From Macrostomum lignano (lineage: Eukaryota): DNA of 64,000 nucleotides. The notes under the pieces were generated by a model. The model did no database searches, was not told the DNA's origin, and worked only from the letters and a program-made list of their open reading frames with translations. The stretch's first letter is position 1; each line of letters opens with the position of its first letter. This document shows positions 58,701 to 64,000 of this stretch, in pieces. A program made the translations under genes and the position numbers. The stretch is from contig NIVC01002131.1 in assembly GCA_002269645.1 (NCBI GenBank), forward strand, positions 62,001 to 126,000, given 5' to 3'.

Positions 58701-61700
58701 CGGGCCGAGGCGGGTAGATAGCGGAGAGGTGGGTAGATAGCGGACAGAGGCGGGTAGATAGCAGAAAAGGTGGGTAGATAGCTGCTTTTGATAGCTTTTA
58801 TCACCTGCAATAACTAATTATTTCATAATTAAATTGCTGACACAACAAAACTGGTCCAGAAGAGAAAACCTAATTGAATTAATTGAGCTAAAGAACTTAA
58901 TAGCCTAATTGTATGCGAAATTTACTGCTTAAATCTGATAGATCAATTTTAAGTCATTGTAGGCAGTGTCTATAGTGCGCTATATTATAATAAAAAGATT
59001 TGTTTAAACAGTAAACGCGGAAAGCGCCATTAACGTAGATGAAATTATTTTGTAAAAAATATTAAACAACTAAAACTTTGCAAACCGTAAACTAATTATA
59101 AAAGAAGACGCACCTGAGACAGCTGATAGGCCTGTTGCTTCTGGGCGACAGTCGGTCTGCCAGATGTGCCAGCAGCATCAGCTGGAGCTCCGCCGGCTGC
59201 TGCAGCTGCGGCGGCGTCGCAGCACTTCTGACGCACAACAACTGGACCAGCGGCAGAGTTAGAGAATGGTGAAGCTTGCGACGGCTGCTGTTGAAGCAGA
59301 GGCGGAGAAGAACTGTTGCCAAGGCCAGGCGAAACGGCTTGCAAATGCTGCTGCTGCTGCTGTTGCAGTTCGCTCACACTCTCCGTTGAATTGCTTTCAA
59401 CAACCATTGCTCCCATCATCTGGCAGGCTGGATTGTGCAGCGGCGGGATGGGATGCAAATTGGCAATGCATGACTCGAAGATTTAGTATATGTTGACTAG
59501 CCACTTTCGCACCCCCTTCGAGTGGTCTAAATAACCCGATCAAAACGATTGACCAATCTGATCTATTTTTGCTTTTAGCCCTTGAACAGTATTTTTAGTG
59601 GAAAAGAATCGCCAGTGGGGGGTAAAGTTAAGCAAAACGGGCGCGGTTAGTACGCAACTGAATAGGGCTCATATTATCAGTTATTACAGTACTGTAGTAC
59701 GTCTACTAGTACGAATTCAAGATATTAGTACATACAATACAATGTATAGCGCTTACGCTTGACATGAAATCGAAGATGGCAGCGGCTGCGGACTTCCTCG
59801 GAGACGGCGACCAGGGCGGTTAGGTAAGCCACGCTGTTTGGCGTCACCTCGTATTTGTCTCTATTATTGGGCGATTCAGAATTAGAATAGAAAAGTATTA
59901 AGATAATAACAATTTACTTATCGCACTACTTAATCCAGATGAGCAGTAGTGCAATACGCGCATTATTCTGTTATTAACTAACCGCTTCTCCGGCTTGGCC
60001 ACGATAGACAGTAGCATGGATAGAACTCGAATTGTGCGCGACAGAGTTTTAGGACTGGGATGGCGGAAACCCTTCAACAGGTGGCCAACTAGGGCGAAGT
60101 GAAAATTCTCGCGGAATGACAGGCCGACACAGTTGTCCAGCTGTTTGTAAGAGATGTGCAGGATTAGCGGCTGCCGGTATTCCATCATTATGCTCTCCAA
60201 TGAGCGATCGGTGAACATGCCTGGAAAATTTGTATTGGCAGACAGGGGAGCGGAGCTTTGTAACATGCTGTTTTATGGAGATCTAAGAATGCAGCTAGTG
60301 AGGTATGACCCTAGTTGCTATGACACCAGTTGTTATGACTAAAGTTGCTATGACACCAGTTGTTATGGCTAAAGTTGCTATGACACCAGTTGTTATGGCT
60401 AAAGTTGCTATGACACCAGTTGTTATGGCTAAAGTTGCTATGACACCAGTTGTTATGACTAAAGTTGCTATGACACCAGCTGTTATGACTAAAGTTGCTA
60501 TGATACCAGTTGTTATGACTAAAGTTGCTATGACACCAGTTGTTATGACTAAAGTTGCTATGACACCAGTTGTTATGACTAAAGTTGCTATGACACCAGC
60601 TGTTATGACCAAAGTTGCTATGATACCAGCTGTCATGACCAAATTTGCTATAACACCAGCTGCTATGACCTCACTTGCGATTCTATGACCATGATCACTA
60701 ACAGCAATGAGTACTGGGCCCAGTTTTGATAATTGAAATAACTAAAAAACACGCAGGTAAGCAAATTCTCACCCTGATTATCGAGATTGTCCAAGCTCTG
60801 CTCTAGCAGGGCCAGTCCGGCAGCGTACAGGCTGACCTCGTCCAACTGCAGCACGCACAGGGCAATCCAGAAGATGTGCTTATGTATTGGCGAGTTCGGG
60901 TTCAACAGCGGCAGCAGGCGAGTCACCGACATTATAGTAGCTTCGATTAGCGTCAGGTCGGAGTTCCACTGCGACTCGACGCCCCTGTGCATGCGGACGT
61001 CCTTGTCGATGACTTCGAGGTCGCGCGCGTAGCTCTCTAGCGATTTGACCATGATTCGCAGCAGATGCTTGATCTCGTTCTCCGATACGGACTTGGAGAT
61101 GCAGCCGAGTACAATGATTGCGCGGTACTGCAGCGCCGGATTGTGCTGGAAAGCGAATCTCTTGGCTAGCTGGGTCCACTGCTCCAGCCAGTTGCAGTTC
61201 GGGATGTCCTTCATCACGGCTGCGAGAGGACGGGGCGATGATTAGCCAGTATGCTGAGCAGTGTGGGATTTGCGACACTGAGCAGTGTGGGATTCGGACA
61301 GTGAGCAGTGTGGGATTTGGGACACTGAGCAGTGTGGGATTTGCGACACTGAGCAGTGTGGGATTTGCGACACTGAGCAGTGTGGGATTCGGGACAGTGA
61401 GCAGTGTGGGATTTGGGACACTGAGCAGTGTGGGATTTGCGACACTGAGCAGTGTGGGATTTGCGACACTGAGCAGTGTGGGATTTGGAACAGTGATTAG
61501 TGTGGGATTTGGGACACTGAGCAGTGTGGGATTTGGGACACTGAGCAGTGTGGGATTTGGGACAGTAAGCAGTGTGGGATTCGGGACAGTGAGCAGTGTG
61601 GGATTTGGGACACTGAGCAGTGTGGGATTTGGGACACTGAGCAGTGTGGGATTTGGGACAGTGATTAGTGTGGGATTTGGGACACTGAGCAGTGTGGGAT

Positions 61701-62852
61701 TTGGCACACTAAGCAGTGTGGGATTTGGGACAGTAAGCAGTGTGGGATTCGGGACAGTGAGCAGTGTGGGATTTGCGACACTGAGCAGTGTGGGATTTGG
61801 GAAAATGAGCAGTGTGGGATTTGGGACAATGAGCAGTGTGGGATTTGGCACACTAAGCAGTGTGGGATTTGGGACAGTAAGCAGTGTGGGATTCGGGACA
61901 GTGAGCAGTGTGGGATTTGCGACACTGAGCAGTGTGGGATTTGCGACACTGAGCAGTGTGGGATTTGGGACAATGAGCAGTGTGGGATTCGAGACAGTGA
62001 GCAGTGTGGGATTTGGACACTGAGCAGTGTGGGATTTGGGACAGTAAGCAGTGTAGGATTCGGGGCAGTGAGCAGTGTGGGATTTGGGAAAATGAGCAGT
62101 GTGGGATTTGGGACAATGAGCAGTGTGGGATTCGAGACAGTGATTAGTGTGGGATTTGGGACACTGAGCAGTGTGGGATTTGCGACAGTGAGCAGTGTGG
62201 GATTTGGGACAGTGATTAGTGTGGGATTGGGACACTGAGCAGTGTGGGATTCGGGACAGTGAGCAGTGTGGGATTCGGGACAGTGAGCAGTGTGGGATTT
62301 GGGAAAATGAGCAGTGTGGGATTTGGGACAATGAGCAGTGTGGGGATTTGGGACACTGATCAGTGTGGGGATTTGGGACACTGAGCAGTGTGGGGATTTG
62401 TGACAATGAGCAGTGTGGGATTTGGGACAATGAGCAGTGTGGGATTGGGACAATGAGTGTGAACTTTGGGTGAAAATGATAACACTGACAAGTGTGGGAT
62501 TTCTGGTCTTTACCATTGCAATTATTAAAGACAAATATCAAATCATTCTCACCCGACAGAACTTCCAGCAGGGTGTCAGTGAGCAGTTCCAGACTGCTCA
62601 ATGGCAGCCGTTCGGCACTATGCACCGAAGAAGAAGTGTTGCCGGAGGCGGCGGCAGCAGCAGCGGCAGCGGCAGCGGCGGCAGCTGCAGCTGCAGATGC
62701 GGTCTCGCCGGCGCTGGAGACGGTCCGCTCGCCTGACTTGGTACGGAAAGCGCTCACTGCGGCGCTTTTAATAGAAGAGATGCCGAATACCTGGTAGTAC
62801 TCGGTCAGGGTGAACTCGGTCAGGTAATGCTTTAGGTGGTGCAAGGTGCTCT
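45666..62852 (-). CDS. NF1: Neurofibromin, C-terminal half (5' part lies beyond the window). Exons 62852-62553, 61219-60773, 60220-59983, 59860-59757, 59427-59114, ~48100-47646, 47170-47070, 46993-46807, ~46380-46096, 45862-45666
   Basis: [27 protein letters not shown]; [21 protein letters not shown]; [25 protein letters not shown]; [18 protein letters not shown]; [17 protein letters not shown]; [18 protein letters not shown]; [15 protein letters not shown]; [10 protein letters not shown]. All match the NF1 C-terminal region. Acceptors near 48100 and 46380 are uncertain; apparent 1-nt deletion near 47852. Confidence 0.95.
46410..46762. repeat. (GTCT)n microsatellite in an NF1 intron
   Basis: Nearly pure run. 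Confidence 0.97.
47240..47630. repeat. 43/35-bp minisatellite (CCTCTGTCTAGGGAGTGTACATTGGCCACAAGCATCTCTTACC)n in an NF1 intron
   Basis: About 9-10 units in two length classes. Confidence 0.93.
48639..48945. repeat. ~53-bp tandem repeat carrying CAGCCAATGAGAG motifs
   Basis: 6 units AGCCTAGTGGGCAGGCCYAATCTAGCTCAGCCAATGAGAG... Confidence 0.92.
49850..50530. repeat. ~22-bp minisatellite (CTAGATCGCTGATCCCCTCTCT)n just 3' of the nested kinase
   Basis: About 30 units. Confidence 0.95.
50628..56562 (-). CDS. Divergent AGC-family (PKA/PRKX-like) kinase or pseudokinase nested in an NF1 intron, 6 exons (56562-56448, 55998-55720, 54839-54520, 52935-52704, 51697-51518, 50986-50628), ~494 aa
   Basis: YRCK (beta3 Lys), [69 protein letters not shown] tail [21 protein letters not shown]. 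All five introns are GT-AG with compatible phases and no internal stop. Confidence 0.85.
51050..51440. repeat. Degenerate GATCCCATATA-based repeat in kinase intron 5
   Basis: Short imperfect units. Confidence 0.8.
51890..52560. repeat. 25-bp minisatellite (AGGTCTACTCTTTCTAATTACATGT)n in kinase intron 4, flanked by 20-bp variants
   Basis: Tandem units with and without the ACATG insert. Confidence 0.92.
53105..54505. repeat. 1.4-kb 20-bp minisatellite (CTTAGCTTAATCCATATCAG)n in kinase intron 3
   Basis: About 70 units with A/G dimorphism. Confidence 0.98.
54925..55695. repeat. 24-bp minisatellite (CCAATTAAATCCTGGCTCAGAGTG)n in kinase intron 2
   Basis: About 32 units; [11 protein letters not shown]. 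Confidence 0.96.
56035..56425. repeat. ~22-bp minisatellite (CTAGACCGCTCTTCTCCTCTAT)n in kinase intron 1
   Basis: About 17 units. Confidence 0.93.
57990..58780. repeat. 21-bp minisatellite (GATAGCGGACAGAGGCGGATA)n in the large NF1 intron
   Basis: RYLSASV-periodic ORF. Confidence 0.95.
60305..60670. repeat. 30-bp minisatellite (TATGACACCAGTTGTTATGACTAAAGTTGC)n in an NF1 intron
   Basis: About 12 units. Confidence 0.95.
61250..62460. repeat. 24-bp minisatellite (GAGCAGTGTGGGATTTGGGACACT)n in an NF1 intron
   Basis: About 50 units. Confidence 0.96.
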
Positions 62853-63024
62853 CTGTGTTGGGACATAGCGGAGGCGAAATGTTGTTAAAGAGTAGTTAGG
62901 TAAACGGCTTTTTATTGTGTTTGTATATTCTTAACGAGATTGTAACGGATTATTCAACCTAATGGTTCTAAAAGGGTTTCCAAGCTGCTTTGAAAGATCG
63001 GGCGTTTGATTCTTTAGCGAATCA

Positions 63025-64000
63025 GGGCCGGCTAGATGGGGGATCAGGGTCGGCTAGATGGGGGATCAGGGTCGACTAGATGGGGGGATCAGGATCGACT
63101 AGATGGGGGGGGCGGATCAGGATTGACTAGATGGGGGATCAGGATTGACTAGATGGGAGCGGATCAGGATTGACTAGATGGGGTGATCAGGATTGACTAG
63201 ATGGGGGCGGATCAGGATTGACTAGATGGGGGGATCAGGATTGACTAGATGGGGGGCGGATCAGGATCAACTAGATGGGGGGATCAGGATCGACTAGAGA
63301 GGGGGGCGGATCAGGATCGACTAGATGGGGGGCGGATCAGGATCAACTAGATGGGGGATCAGGATCGACTAGATGGGGGCGGATCAGGATCAACTAGATG
63401 GGGGGATCAGGATCGACTAGAGAGGGGGCGGATCAGGATCGACTAGATGGGGGCGGATCAGGATCAACTAGATGGGGGGATCAGGATCGACTAGAATGGG
63501 GCGGATCAGGATCAACTAGATGGGGGGATCAGGATCGACTAGATGGGGGGGCGGATCAAGATCGACTGGATGGGGGATCAGGATCGACTAGATGGGGGCG
63601 GATCAAGATCGACTGGATGGGGGGATCAGGATCGACTAGATGGGGGGCGGATCAGGATCAACTAGATGGGGGCGGATCAGGATCAACTAGATGGGGGCGG
63701 ATCAAGATCGACTGGATGGGGGATCAGGATCGACTAGATGGGGGGCGGATCAGGATCAACTAGATGGGGGCGGATCAGGATCAACTAGATGGGGGGCGGA
63801 TCAAGATCGACTGGATGGGGGGATCAGGATCGACTAGATGGGGGGCGGATCAGGATCAACTAGATGGGGGCGGATCAGGATCAACTAGATGGGGTGGGGC
63901 GGATCAAGATCGACTGGATGGGGGGATCAGGATCGACTAGATGGGGGGTGGATCAGGATCAACTAGATGGGGGCGGATCAGGATCAACTAGATGGGGTGG
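63025..64000. repeat. ~22-27-bp G-rich minisatellite (GATCAGGATCGACTAGATGGGGG[GCG])n in an NF1 intron, runs off the window end
   Basis: Tandem units with variable G-runs. Confidence 0.95.

Noticed and set aside
60880-62844. 654-aa ORF as a single NF1 exon
   Set aside because: Only 62852-62553 is NF1-like; the rest reads through a 24-bp intronic array past a clear GTGAGA donor.

Overview
Eukaryotic (metazoan) genomic DNA with GC-rich, Ala/Gly/Gln-rich exons and introns almost all filled by tandem repeats. The style suggests a free-living flatworm such as Macrostomum (inference only; no database check). Seven spliced genes can be reconstructed by hand with GT-AG junctions: a divergent annexin (+), polycystin-2/PKD2 (+), a Cys-rich GCC2/GCC3-repeat type I membrane protein (-), an unnamed PH/PTB-like adaptor (+), SMG6/EST1A (-), the 3' half of neurofibromin NF1 (-), and a degenerate AGC-type kinase nested on the same strand inside an ~11 kb NF1 intron. 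Mobile DNA includes a nearly intact ~3.9 kb EN-RT-RNase H LINE with a 9-bp TSD just behind PKD2, a hAT MITE, a TA-flanked MITE, a Crypton-like tyrosine recombinase relic beside a 35-bp inverted repeat, tRNA-derived SINE heads, and an AT-rich dUTPase pseudogene of probable viral/TE origin in SMG6 intron 1. Several genes and the LINE show single-base deletions, mostly in homopolymers, which look like long-read assembly errors. The very long repeat-derived ORFs in the ORF track are artefacts.
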